Assembly: GCA_041489925.1 (NCBI GenBank)
Contig: JBGPSD010000003.1
Coordinates: forward strand, 1,993 to 65,992
Source: Candidatus Nanoarchaeia archaeon
Lineage (GTDB): Archaea > Nanobdellota > Nanobdellia > Woesearchaeales > ARS49
Direction: 5' to 3'
DNA length: 64,000 nucleotides
The notes beneath the pieces were generated by a model. The model saw only the letters and a program-made list of their open reading frames with translations, made no database searches and was not told the origin of the DNA. This document shows, in pieces, positions 44,695 to 53,736 of the stretch (positions are counted from its first letter, which is position 1; each line of letters opens with the position of its first letter). The position numbers and the translations under genes were made by a program.

Positions 44695-45973
44695 AGTCCA
44701 CCCCAATGCCATGATATTCCAAATGCCCCTTGACTTTGTCTGCATAAGAGTTGGTTGTGTCAAGCATGACAGGATTGCGCATCAGCTTTGCAATCGCCGC
44801 ATAATCAATGCGGCTGAACTCATCCCAGGGGGTTGTAATAATAATTGCGTCTGCTGCTATTGCAGCTTCCTGCGGGCTCCCGCAGATGCTGATATTCGGG
44901 TGAGTTGCGATTTTGCCGCGGATTGCAGGGTCATAAGCGCGCACGCTCGGGAGTTCGCACGCAATCTGGTCAATGATTTGCAATGCGAGTGAGCGCTTAA
45001 GCGTGTCTGTGTTTGGCTTGTACGTGAGCCCGAAGAAAGCAAGGCCCTTTCCTGAAAGCGTGCCGAGAATTGAGCGCAGCCTGCCAGGAACATAATTCAG
45101 GCGCGCATTTCTCGTGTCGAGCACGGCATCAAAAACCCGTGTTGGGACTGCGTGTTCCCTTCCCAGACTGCGAAGCATCTGGATGTCCCTTGCCAGCGTG
45201 CCGCCCCCAAAACCAAGGCCCGGTGCAATTGGCGCTTGCGGGCTGACGCGCTTTTCAGTGCGCAATGCATGCATAACATCAAGGGCATTTGCCCCTGTCT
45301 TCTCGCAAAGGTCGCTTATTTCGCATGAAAAGGATATCATCGTTGCCAGATAGCTGTTTAGCGCGTGTTTTGCCATCTCTGCACTTTCAAGGCTCATGTA
45401 AAGCCGTTCCCCAGGAATGCCTGCATAAAGCTCTTCAACTCTTTGCCTGAGCTCAGGGGAAGACAAGCCAAAAACCGTCCGCTCAGGTGAAAGGAAGCGC
45501 TCGATTGCCGTGCCCAGCCTGAGGTTTTCAGGGATGTAGCACAAGCCATTTTCTTTGTTTTCTTTGCGAAGCCTGTCAAGCAATCCGCGCGAAGTTCCTA
45601 TCGGGACCTGGCTGGACAGCAAGACAATTGCACCACCAGACAAATAATGCAGCATTTTGTCAAAAAGTATTTCCACAGGGCGTATGTCTGCCTTGTCTTC
45701 CCCATCAACAGGGGTGTCAAGCGCAACATATGCAAAATTTGCTTTGGATACTGCGCTTGCAATGTCTGTGGTAAACCCAATCATGTCCTGGCCGGCAGCA
45801 GCCCTGATTGTTTCTTCCAGGCCAGGCTCAAATATTGGAGGCTTGCATTGCCGCAGGTCAGCAATGACTTTTGCATCATTATCATAACCAATAACCTTGT
45901 GCCCGAGCTTGGCAAAACATGCAGCAGTAACACATCCCAAATGAGACATCCCAAGAATGCCTACGCTGCTCAT
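44684..45973 (-). CDS. UDP-glucose/GDP-mannose 6-dehydrogenase family protein with catalytic Cys replaced
   Basis: PIFEPGL, DTPV, PENLRLG, EMAKHALN, GFGGGTLARD (canonical GFGGxCxxKD), GLTYKPNTD. Confidence 0.85.
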   Translation of the reverse strand: MSSVGILGMSHLGCVTAACFAKLGHKVIGYDNDAKVIADLRQCKPPIFEPGLEETIRAAAGQDMIGFTTDIASAVSKANFAYVALDTPVDGEDKADIRPVEILFDKMLHYLSGGAIVLLSSQVPIGTSRGLLDRLRKENKENGLCYIPENLRLGTAIERFLSPERTVFGLSSPELRQRVEELYAGIPGERLYMSLESAEMAKHALNSYLATMISFSCEISDLCEKTGANALDVMHALRTEKRVSPQAPIAPGLGFGGGTLARDIQMLRSLGREHAVPTRVFDAVLDTRNARLNYVPGRLRSILGTLSGKGLAFFGLTYKPNTDTLKRSLALQIIDQIACELPSVRAYDPAIRGKIATHPNISICGSPQEAAIAADAIIITTPWDEFSRIDYAAIAKLMRNPVMLDTTNSYADKVKGHLEYHGIGVDYAR

Positions 45974-46554
45974 TGCGCCCCCCTGTGCCCAAGCGCGTAT
46001 TGCACTGCTTCTAATAATGAACTGGCGGTGTATTCTGGTGTTATTCCCACGGTTTTGAGCCGCTGCTCATCGCGGCTCATGCTTCCAGAGCCAGCCACAA
46101 GAATCCCTCTTGCTCCGGCTGCTTGCCCTGTGACTATGTCTGTAAGCGAGTCGCCAATCATCCAAGACATTGCCAGGTCAATACTGTGTTCTTTTGCTGC
46201 ACAAAGCAATAGCCCTGGCTTTGGCTTTCTGCAGCCGCACACAATTTTAAGTTCAGGGACTTCTCCTAAAAAGCCTTTTTCAGGATGGTGCGGACAGACA
46301 TAGACTGCGTCAATTTTTGCAGGCGCGATTAGAGCCCTCATTTTTTCATGGACGCGCTCCATGTCAGCAAATGTGAAATATCCTTTTGCAATATCTGGCT
46401 GGTTTGTTGCCACAATTGCAAGATAGCCTGCATTATTTATTGCATGGATGGCCTCAGGCACGCCCTCCCTGAGCTCAAACTGGCTTTCGTGCTTGAGGTC
46501 AGGGACATAACGGTTTATTGTGCCGTCGCGGTCAAGGAAGATTGCGCGATTCAT
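45970..46554 (-). CDS. gmhB: D,D-heptose-1,7-bisphosphate phosphatase (HAD IIIA)
   Basis: FLDRDGTIN, TNQ, CPHHP..C.CRKPKPG, IGDS..D. Confidence 0.9.
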   Translation of the reverse strand: MNRAIFLDRDGTINRYVPDLKHESQFELREGVPEAIHAINNAGYLAIVATNQPDIAKGYFTFADMERVHEKMRALIAPAKIDAVYVCPHHPEKGFLGEVPELKIVCGCRKPKPGLLLCAAKEHSIDLAMSWMIGDSLTDIVTGQAAGARGILVAGSGSMSRDEQRLKTVGITPEYTASSLLEAVQYALGHRGAQ

Positions 46555-47297
46555 GGGAATACCTTCCCCTTTTGGGCAACTTCCTCGGTTAATTGGTGAT
46601 ATTTATCCATGTTGTTTACATCCCTGAAAAATCCAGTACCGACCATTCCATACACCGGAAGCTTTTTAGCAAGCAGGCCGGGAATTAACTGCTTTGCAAA
46701 ATCACACTTTTCGCCCTGGGGGATATGGGCGAATACATCTGGATTTATGACGTACATTCCATTATTAATGAACGTCTGTCCTGAGCTATATTGCGCAAAT
46801 TCTTCTTCAGATGGTTTCTCACGGAAGAGTGTGACCCTGCCTGTTTCGTCCAGAGTGATAAGGCTTGTGCTGATGTATCCTTCAGGCCGCGGCCTGACCA
46901 CGATGGTGAACATGCTGCCTTTCTGCTTGTGAAAATCAACAAGGTCATCAAGGCAAATTGAAGCAAGGTTGTCGCCATAATGCACAATGCTGGCGCCATT
47001 GACAAGAGGTTCGCAGAGCTTTACCGCTCCGGCTGTTCCAAGAAGTTCAGGCGGCTCGTGCGAATAGCGCGCATTTATGCCAAATGCAGCGCCATCCCTG
47101 AAGTAATCCTGGATTTTATCAGCGAGGTGGCTGACACAGAAGACAATGTCAGTGTAGCCCTGGTCGCGGAATTGCTCAATCTGATGCTGGACCAAAGGCT
47201 TTCCGGCAATGTCAAGAAGGCATTTGGGAATGTCAGGCAACTGCTCTTTGAGCCGGGTGGCAAGGCCTCCTGCCACAATTAATATTGTTGGTTTCAT
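46551..47297 (-). CDS. Nucleotidyltransferase, heptose-1-phosphate guanylyltransferase (HddC)-like
   Basis: AGGLATRL..PK, LGTAGA, YGD, FREKP, INNGMY; context with hddA, gmhA and gmhB. Confidence 0.78.
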   Translation of the reverse strand: MKPTILIVAGGLATRLKEQLPDIPKCLLDIAGKPLVQHQIEQFRDQGYTDIVFCVSHLADKIQDYFRDGAAFGINARYSHEPPELLGTAGAVKLCEPLVNGASIVHYGDNLASICLDDLVDFHKQKGSMFTIVVRPRPEGYISTSLITLDETGRVTLFREKPSEEEFAQYSSGQTFINNGMYVINPDVFAHIPQGEKCDFAKQLIPGLLAKKLPVYGMVGTGFFRDVNNMDKYHQLTEEVAQKGKVFP

Positions 47298-48256
47298 CGC
47301 AGCTCCAGTATTTCAGGATGATTTTTGAGCCATTGTGTTGTGCGGCGAACGCAGTCTGGAATGCTGAGCGTCGGCTTCCAGCCAAGATTTTTCATTTTGG
47401 CAATGTCAAGATGTATGAACGGGCTGTCTCCAACCCAGCCGCGCTCTCCTCCAGCATACTTGAAATTCACATTGCTTAGCCCAAGCTCTTCGCACACAAT
47501 TTGCGCAATGGGAGTTACCTGGATGTTATCATCGTGGCCAAGGTTGTAAGTGTTTACCGGCTCATCTGATGATGCCACTGCATTAAGCATGCCGCGAACT
47601 CCGTCCTGGACGTAGAGATAGGATTTTTTCTGCCTGCCGTCACCCAGGATTTCAAGCTCCCTGGGATTCGCGCTGAGCTTGCGCATAAAATCATAAACAC
47701 ACCCGTGCGTATAGCGCTCACCCATGAATGACACAAACCTGAATATGTATGCCTTCATGCCATATCCGATTGCATATGCGTGGGCAAGCCCTTCGCCTGC
47801 AAGCTTTGATGCGCCATACATTGAAGTCTGCACAGGAAATGGCGCATTCTCAGGTGTTGGGTGGATGTTTGGCTCGCCATACACGCTTCCTGTGGAAGGG
47901 AAGGCAATGCCCTGCACGCCATTCTTGCGCATTGCCTCAAGAACATTGCTCGTGGCAATTGTATTCTGCTCCAGCACGGTCTCAGGATGCTTGAGGTTTT
48001 CCTTTACATCTGCGTGCGCAGCCATATGGAACACAAAGTCAACGCCTGCAAGCATATCATCAAGTGTCCTGCGGTCAAGCAGGTCAGCATGAACAAATTT
48101 GATCCTGTTCTTTGAAGCTTCAAGAAACTCGCGCCGCCCTGTGGAAAGATTGTCATAAACAGTCACTTTGCACATAGGAACAAGGGCATCAACAAGATTG
48201 CTTCCTATAAATCCTGCTCCACCAGTAACAAGGACGTGCTTTCCATTCAAATCCAT
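47294..48256 (-). CDS. NAD-dependent nucleotide-sugar epimerase/dehydratase
   Basis: TGGAGFIG, STGSVYG, YGASK, LGDGRQKKSY, GWVGD. Confidence 0.88.
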   Translation of the reverse strand: MDLNGKHVLVTGGAGFIGSNLVDALVPMCKVTVYDNLSTGRREFLEASKNRIKFVHADLLDRRTLDDMLAGVDFVFHMAAHADVKENLKHPETVLEQNTIATSNVLEAMRKNGVQGIAFPSTGSVYGEPNIHPTPENAPFPVQTSMYGASKLAGEGLAHAYAIGYGMKAYIFRFVSFMGERYTHGCVYDFMRKLSANPRELEILGDGRQKKSYLYVQDGVRGMLNAVASSDEPVNTYNLGHDDNIQVTPIAQIVCEELGLSNVNFKYAGGERGWVGDSPFIHLDIAKMKNLGWKPTLSIPDCVRRTTQWLKNHPEILELR

Positions 48257-48341
48257 ATGAATCCCCCTTTGAAGAGGACCTGCAGGGTATTTTTAAACCT
48301 ATGCAAGCACCTTTTTAACTTGCAACTTACTCGTGCGGATT

Positions 48342-49349
48342 ATGACTTATTATGTTGGAATTGTGGGTTGCGGCCGCATTGGCAATAGGCGGGCTGAGAC
48401 TCTAAAGAAGTTCCCGCAGGCAGAACTGACCGCGGTTGCAGATGCTGATGCGCCGCGCGCAGAAAAGCTGGCAAAAACATATGGCGGCATTGTTTTTCCG
48501 GACTGGCATTCAATCACGCGCAATAACTGCATAAACACTGTTCTTGTATGCACTACCAATGACCTTCTCGTTCCAATTACAATAGATGCGCTCGCAAACA
48601 AAAAGCACGTGCTTGTGGAAAAGCCTGCTGCGCGCAATCTGGGAGAGCTTGAAACTGTAATCGCGGAATATGAAGCAGCAGGGAAGCGCAATCGTGTCAA
48701 GGTCGGATTCAACCACAGATTCCATCCTGCATTCAGCAAGGCAAAGGAAATCATCGCAACAGAAAATATTGGCGAAATCATGTGCATCCGGGCACGCTAC
48801 GGGCACGGCGGGCGCCTTGGGTATGACAAGGAATGGCGTTCGCAGCCTGAAATTTCAGGGGGCGGTGAGCTGCTTGACCAGGGAGTGCATGTAATTGACC
48901 TTGGGCGGTATTTTGTGGGTGATTTTTCACGGGTCTCAGGGCAGTGCTACACCCTGTTCTGGAATGCGCCTGTGGAGGACAACTGTTTTGCCCTGCTTGA
49001 AACCCCAAAGGGGCAGGCGCTGCAGTTCCACGTTTCAACAACGCAATGGAAAAACATATTTTCCATGGAAATCTTCTGCAGGACCGGCCAGCTGAATATT
49101 GACGGCATGGGCGGCAGTTATGGAAAAGAGACACTGACATTCTACAAGATGAAGCCTGAGATGGGCCCTCCTGACAGGCAGGTATACGAATGGGATGGCC
49201 CGGACAAATCTTGGGAACTTGAATTTGCAGACTTCCTGGATGCAATAGAACACAATCGCGAGCCGAATGGATCGCTGTATGATGCGCGCGCCGCCCTGAA
49301 GGCGGTCAAGGAAATATACGCATCAGGCAGGCGTGGGCTAAACATTTAA
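48342..49349 (+). CDS. Gfo/Idh/MocA family oxidoreductase
   Basis: GCGRIG, HVLVEKP, GFNHRF, GGELLDQGVH; probably leaderless after TTTTTAA at about 48312. Confidence 0.9.
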   Translation: MTYYVGIVGCGRIGNRRAETLKKFPQAELTAVADADAPRAEKLAKTYGGIVFPDWHSITRNNCINTVLVCTTNDLLVPITIDALANKKHVLVEKPAARNLGELETVIAEYEAAGKRNRVKVGFNHRFHPAFSKAKEIIATENIGEIMCIRARYGHGGRLGYDKEWRSQPEISGGGELLDQGVHVIDLGRYFVGDFSRVSGQCYTLFWNAPVEDNCFALLETPKGQALQFHVSTTQWKNIFSMEIFCRTGQLNIDGMGGSYGKETLTFYKMKPEMGPPDRQVYEWDGPDKSWELEFADFLDAIEHNREPNGSLYDARAALKAVKEIYASGRRGLNI

Positions 49350-49375
49350 AAATAGAATTAGGTGTTCCCGACGAA

Positions 49376-50098
49376 ATGACAAAGCAGCACGACTTATCCG
49401 TCATAATCCCCACATACAGGGAAGAGGTGAATATCACGCGCTGTATCATCGAATCCCTGGAATTCTTCAGGAATAACCCGCGAATAAGGGAGTTTGAAAT
49501 CATTTTTGTTGCTGACAATGCAGGCGACCGCACGATTGACATAATCCGCAAGCACCTTCCGGCAAACCCTGAGATCCGACTGCTTGTGAACAAAAAGCGG
49601 CTGCAGAAGGGATTCTCTGTCAGGCGCGGTGTGTTCGAGGCGAAATACAGCACAATCATGTTCTACGATGCTGACCTGAGCACTCCGCTTTACGAAACCA
49701 ACAAGTTCCTTGACCGCATCAGCGATTATGATATGGTAATCGCATCGCGCGGTTTGAGGAACTCAAAGGTCAAGAAAAAATGGTCCAAAATGTTCTTCAG
49801 CAGGGGATTCTCTTTCCTCAAAAAGACTTTGTTGGGCATTGACTTCACAGATACGCAGTGCGGGTTCAAGATGTTCACGCACAGGTGCAAAGAGCTTTTT
49901 GAGAAACAGACAATTAGCTCAAGCACATTTGATTTGGAAATCCTTTATCTTGCAAAGAACAAGGGCTTTTCTGTCAAGGAGCTTCCAGTCACATGGATTG
50001 ACAGCGACGCGAGCAATTTCACTACTTTGGGCAATATCAGACAGTGCTTCAAAGACATATTCCTTATCCTGAAGAGGCACAGGTGGAAGCATGGGTGA
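49376..50098 (+). CDS. GT2 dolichyl-phosphate glycosyltransferase-like (variant)
   Basis: IPTYREE, DADLSTP, DTQCGFKMF, FDLEIL; usual DDGSxD replaced by ADNAGD. Confidence 0.85.
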   Translation: MTKQHDLSVIIPTYREEVNITRCIIESLEFFRNNPRIREFEIIFVADNAGDRTIDIIRKHLPANPEIRLLVNKKRLQKGFSVRRGVFEAKYSTIMFYDADLSTPLYETNKFLDRISDYDMVIASRGLRNSKVKKKWSKMFFSRGFSFLKKTLLGIDFTDTQCGFKMFTHRCKELFEKQTISSSTFDLEILYLAKNKGFSVKELPVTWIDSDASNFTTLGNIRQCFKDIFLILKRHRWKHG

Positions 50099-50906
50099 AC
50101 GCACCTGCCGGCTTTGCGGGCATCAGGGCACACGCACCATCCGGAAGCTGAAGAAGCACACACTCCAACAGTGCATGCAGTGCAGGATTATTTTCCTGGA
50201 CCCATTCCCTGATGACACTGAAACAATATATCGCGAGGACGCGCTGAATAATGCTGAATATTACGATGCCAACCGCGCGCACGACCTTGCGAGCTTCGGC
50301 AGGCGGTTGGCGATTGTACGCAGGGTGACGCAACAGGCGCGTGGAAGGGTGCTTGATTACGGGTGTAGCACTGGCAATTTCATGGAAGCCGCACGCTCAG
50401 CCGGCTACTCTGTTGTTGGCAAGGAGCTTAACAGGGAGTCAATAAAGCTCTGCAAGAAAAAGGGGTTTTCAGTCAACACAGGAATCAAGCCAGGCGCATA
50501 CAACATTGTGCACGCCAGCGATGTCATCGAGCACGTGCGGGATATCAATGCATTCCTGAGAGAGCTACGCGGCCTTGCCAAGGACAACGGCATTGTAGTT
50601 ATTTCAACTCCAGATTATGAAAATTTCTTCGCGCGCCACACGCAGGTGAAGCCGCGCGAGCACCTGTACTATTTCACGAAGGCAACTCTTGCCGAAGCCC
50701 TGCACAAAGCAGGGTTTGACGTCCTGTACATCAAGAACTTCAGCAGGAAGCGCTCGCTGGACTCGCTGCTGTGCAGCGCAACCACAGAGCAGCGCCGTGT
50801 CCGTTATCCGCTGAAGCTGTTCCGCGCGCTGCGCCTTGGCTTCATAATCAACCCGATACTAAGCCATCTCCAGGATGACATCCTGGCAATCGCCCGAAAA
50901 GCATGA
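50091..50906 (+). CDS. Class I SAM methyltransferase with N-terminal Zn-binding CxxC pairs
   Basis: CRLC..CMQC, VLDYGCSTG, DVIEH, EHLYYF. Confidence 0.85.
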   Translation: MGERTCRLCGHQGTRTIRKLKKHTLQQCMQCRIIFLDPFPDDTETIYREDALNNAEYYDANRAHDLASFGRRLAIVRRVTQQARGRVLDYGCSTGNFMEAARSAGYSVVGKELNRESIKLCKKKGFSVNTGIKPGAYNIVHASDVIEHVRDINAFLRELRGLAKDNGIVVISTPDYENFFARHTQVKPREHLYYFTKATLAEALHKAGFDVLYIKNFSRKRSLDSLLCSATTEQRRVRYPLKLFRALRLGFIINPILSHLQDDILAIARKA

Positions 50907-52600
50907 TACTAAGAAAAACAACCCTGGTGCTTGCAGCCCTGCTGCTGATTTTCTTCGTGCGAGGCTGCGCGCTGAACAACTACCAAAGCATGACTTCAGA
51001 TGAGCCGCCAAGCTTTGCAATGGGCGCAACATACTGGCTGCAGGGCGACTTTTCTTATTCGCCGACACACCCGCCGCTGAAAAGCTATCTCACGTACTGG
51101 TTCACGCAGCACCTGAACCCTAACAACACAGTGCATCGCGAGCAGGGCGTGGATGAGTTCCTCGCAGGCAGGCTCTACCTGTTTAAGGAGAACAATGCAA
51201 TCTTCCAAAAGCTCATCTGGTGGGGCAGGCTTCCGTTCCTGCTGGTTGGTTTGCTCGGTGCAGTCTATGTCTACCGCTGGGCAAAGGAAGTGAGCGACCG
51301 CAAGTCCGCCTTGTTCGCAACAGCACTGTACGTGTTCCTTCCCACGATTGCCGCGCTGAGCTCGGTTCTCATCAATGATATCCTTGTCTCGACGTTCTCG
51401 CTGATGACTCTCTACTATTTCCGCCACTACATTTCCTCAGGCACGTGGAAGGATGCGTGGCTCACAGGGCTCTGCCTTGGTGTCGCGCTGCTCAGCAAGC
51501 ACACTGCAATCCTGCTGGTGCCGTTAATGCTAATCATCGCGCTTGTCCTGCTGTTCAGCGGCCACCCTGTGCCGATGCTTCCAAGGTTCCGCAGGGAGAA
51601 TGAACAGGGAAAGGGCAGGCAGGCGCTTGCTGTTGCGGCATTCTTCGTGTTTATCGGGCTGGTTTCCGGAGTTGTGCTGAATGCAGGGTATTTCTTTGAC
51701 GGCACTATGACTCCGCTGCGCGACTACAAGTTTGACCAGCATTTCTTCAAGACATTCAACAATCCCGCAATCAGCTGGATGCCTGTGCCTCTTCCTTACT
51801 GGTATTTCAAGGGCCTTGAAACCAACCAGATATTCTCGAAAGACGCGCACTACTTCCATGGAAAGTTTGTGACGACCGAGGACTGGTATTTCTTCCTGTT
51901 CAGCTTTGTCACCAAGACGCCGCTCGCGCTGCTTGCAATGCTCGCCATTGGGCTCGCGCTGTATCCAAAACTGAAAAAGGGCAGGGCTGTTGATATGGCA
52001 TTCATTGCAATGGTGATAATCGGAATCATCGGGTTCTTCAGCATTGAACAGTACAAGCTGGGCATCAGGCACGTGCTGCCTGTCTATCCGTTCATATTCA
52101 TTTTTGCGGCATTGGTTTGGCATTATGCGCATGCTGAGAAGAAAAAGGCGCTGCGCTACACGCTCTATGCGCTCTTTGCATGGTATATTATTGCCTCTGT
52201 GCTGGTGCATCCATACTACATGTCATATTTCAATGAGCTCATTGGCGGCTCACAAAACGGCTACAAGTATTTCCTTGATTCAAATGTGGACTGGGGCCAG
52301 GACCTTAATGCAGTGAAGGCATGGATGGATGAAACAGGGAATTCTGAGATAGGGCTCAGCTATTTTGGCAGTGATGTGCCTGAATTGCGAGGCATAAAAT
52401 CTCACATGATTCCCTGCGAGCCGGCTCCTGGCCTGCAGGTGCTTTCTGTAAATAACCTGTTCGGGCAGATTTTTACAGGCCAGCCAAAGGAATGCTATTC
52501 CTGGCTGCGGAAAGTTGAGCCGAGTGACCGCATAGCATACAGCATTCTTGTTTTTAATATCCCGGAAAAGGCAAATCAAAGCATTGCAACGCCATCCTGA
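50903..52600 (+). CDS. GT-C fold (ArnT/PMT-like) glycosyltransferase
   Basis: TSDE, HPPL, SKHT, KTP, GIRHVLP, SYFNE..GG, DSNVDWGQDL. Confidence 0.85.
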   Translation: MILRKTTLVLAALLLIFFVRGCALNNYQSMTSDEPPSFAMGATYWLQGDFSYSPTHPPLKSYLTYWFTQHLNPNNTVHREQGVDEFLAGRLYLFKENNAIFQKLIWWGRLPFLLVGLLGAVYVYRWAKEVSDRKSALFATALYVFLPTIAALSSVLINDILVSTFSLMTLYYFRHYISSGTWKDAWLTGLCLGVALLSKHTAILLVPLMLIIALVLLFSGHPVPMLPRFRRENEQGKGRQALAVAAFFVFIGLVSGVVLNAGYFFDGTMTPLRDYKFDQHFFKTFNNPAISWMPVPLPYWYFKGLETNQIFSKDAHYFHGKFVTTEDWYFFLFSFVTKTPLALLAMLAIGLALYPKLKKGRAVDMAFIAMVIIGIIGFFSIEQYKLGIRHVLPVYPFIFIFAALVWHYAHAEKKKALRYTLYALFAWYIIASVLVHPYYMSYFNELIGGSQNGYKYFLDSNVDWGQDLNAVKAWMDETGNSEIGLSYFGSDVPELRGIKSHMIPCEPAPGLQVLSVNNLFGQIFTGQPKECYSWLRKVEPSDRIAYSILVFNIPEKANQSIATPS

Positions 52601-52640
52601 CCTTCCAGCTCTGGCATCAGAAGTTTGTTGCAGGGAGTAA

Positions 52641-53663
52641 CTAGGATTTTGTGGGCTTTGGCAGGATTTCTTCGTATTCGCTGAAACCTATGCGCTTTAT
52701 TTGGGCAATATTTTCCATCCCTTCCAGCGAGACCAGGTCTGCGCCGAACGCTGCCCGCAGTTTCTCAAGGAATGCTGCGAATTCCTGTGTGGTGCGCGTA
52801 TAAACATTGATGCGGAAGTGCGCCATGCTGAATGTGCGCCAGTAGCGGCTGCAGTAGCGCAGTGAAGTGAATACTTCGCGTGCCTTTGCCTCGTTCTTCC
52901 GGATGTTGCGGATATTCAAGAGCAGTGTGCGCTGCGTGAATCCAAGCTTGGCAATGGATGAGACAGAATCAAAGCGGCTGATGACCCCGCTTGCAATGAG
53001 CCGCGCGATTTTGGCGCGCGCAGTTCTGTAGGAAATTCCTGCTTTTTTTGCAATCTCAAGTATTCCCGCACGGACATTCTTTCCAAGAAGAGTAAGCAGT
53101 TTGCGGTCTGTGGCATCAAGCGCAACAGATTCCTGCAGCTTGGCAGCCTTGAAGTACGATGTGAATGAAATGCGTTCTGCAGGGATTTGCGGCAGTGGCT
53201 CGTTTTCAGGCACAAGCATTCCCCAGCCTGGCCCCTGCTCTTCAACGATGAACAGGGGCTGAAGTTCGTGGATTTCAGGAAACTGTGTGTTGAGCAGGTC
53301 TATAAATTTGCTTAGCTGGCTGTTGTTTGCATAAAGCACGGTAATTATGTAATCCCAGCCCCCAATAACCTTTAGCACAAGAACTGCGTTTGGCTCGCGC
53401 TTAAGGAATTCCTCAAATTCGCGGATACGCTCGCCAGTGCAGCCATGCATCCGCAGGTAAAGCTGAATGTGGACCAGCCCAAGCGCATTTGGGTTTATGT
53501 TCAGCGCTGCGCCCTGAAGAATGCCCTGTTTCTGAAGCCTGCGTATCCTGAAATTAACCAATTCGCGCGGCAGCCTCAGCGCTTTTGCGACAGCAGTATT
53601 TGAAAGCCTGGCATTCCTCCCGATTAAGTACAAAATCTTACCATCTATTGCGTCAAGGTTCAT
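52641..53663 (-). CDS. Tandem (duplicated) Lrp/AsnC-family transcription regulator
   Basis: Two HTH modules (LDAIDGKIL..NARL..RIRRL..GIL and LDATDRKLL..NVR..KIARL..GVI), each followed by a RAM-like region. Confidence 0.85.
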   Translation of the reverse strand: MNLDAIDGKILYLIGRNARLSNTAVAKALRLPRELVNFRIRRLQKQGILQGAALNINPNALGLVHIQLYLRMHGCTGERIREFEEFLKREPNAVLVLKVIGGWDYIITVLYANNSQLSKFIDLLNTQFPEIHELQPLFIVEEQGPGWGMLVPENEPLPQIPAERISFTSYFKAAKLQESVALDATDRKLLTLLGKNVRAGILEIAKKAGISYRTARAKIARLIASGVISRFDSVSSIAKLGFTQRTLLLNIRNIRKNEAKAREVFTSLRYCSRYWRTFSMAHFRINVYTRTTQEFAAFLEKLRAAFGADLVSLEGMENIAQIKRIGFSEYEEILPKPTKS

Positions 53664-53736
53664 TTTTTATCAATTTATGTAGAAAAAGTGTTGTTAAGAT
53701 ATAAATTTATTGCTTTAATAATGCCCTTCTGGTAAC

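Noticed and set aside
43981-44733. Long alternative ORFs (also 4295-4771, 22917-23558, 51530-52210, 54405-55010, 63357-63797)
   Set aside because: Antisense or off-frame shadows of well-supported genes, with no motifs.
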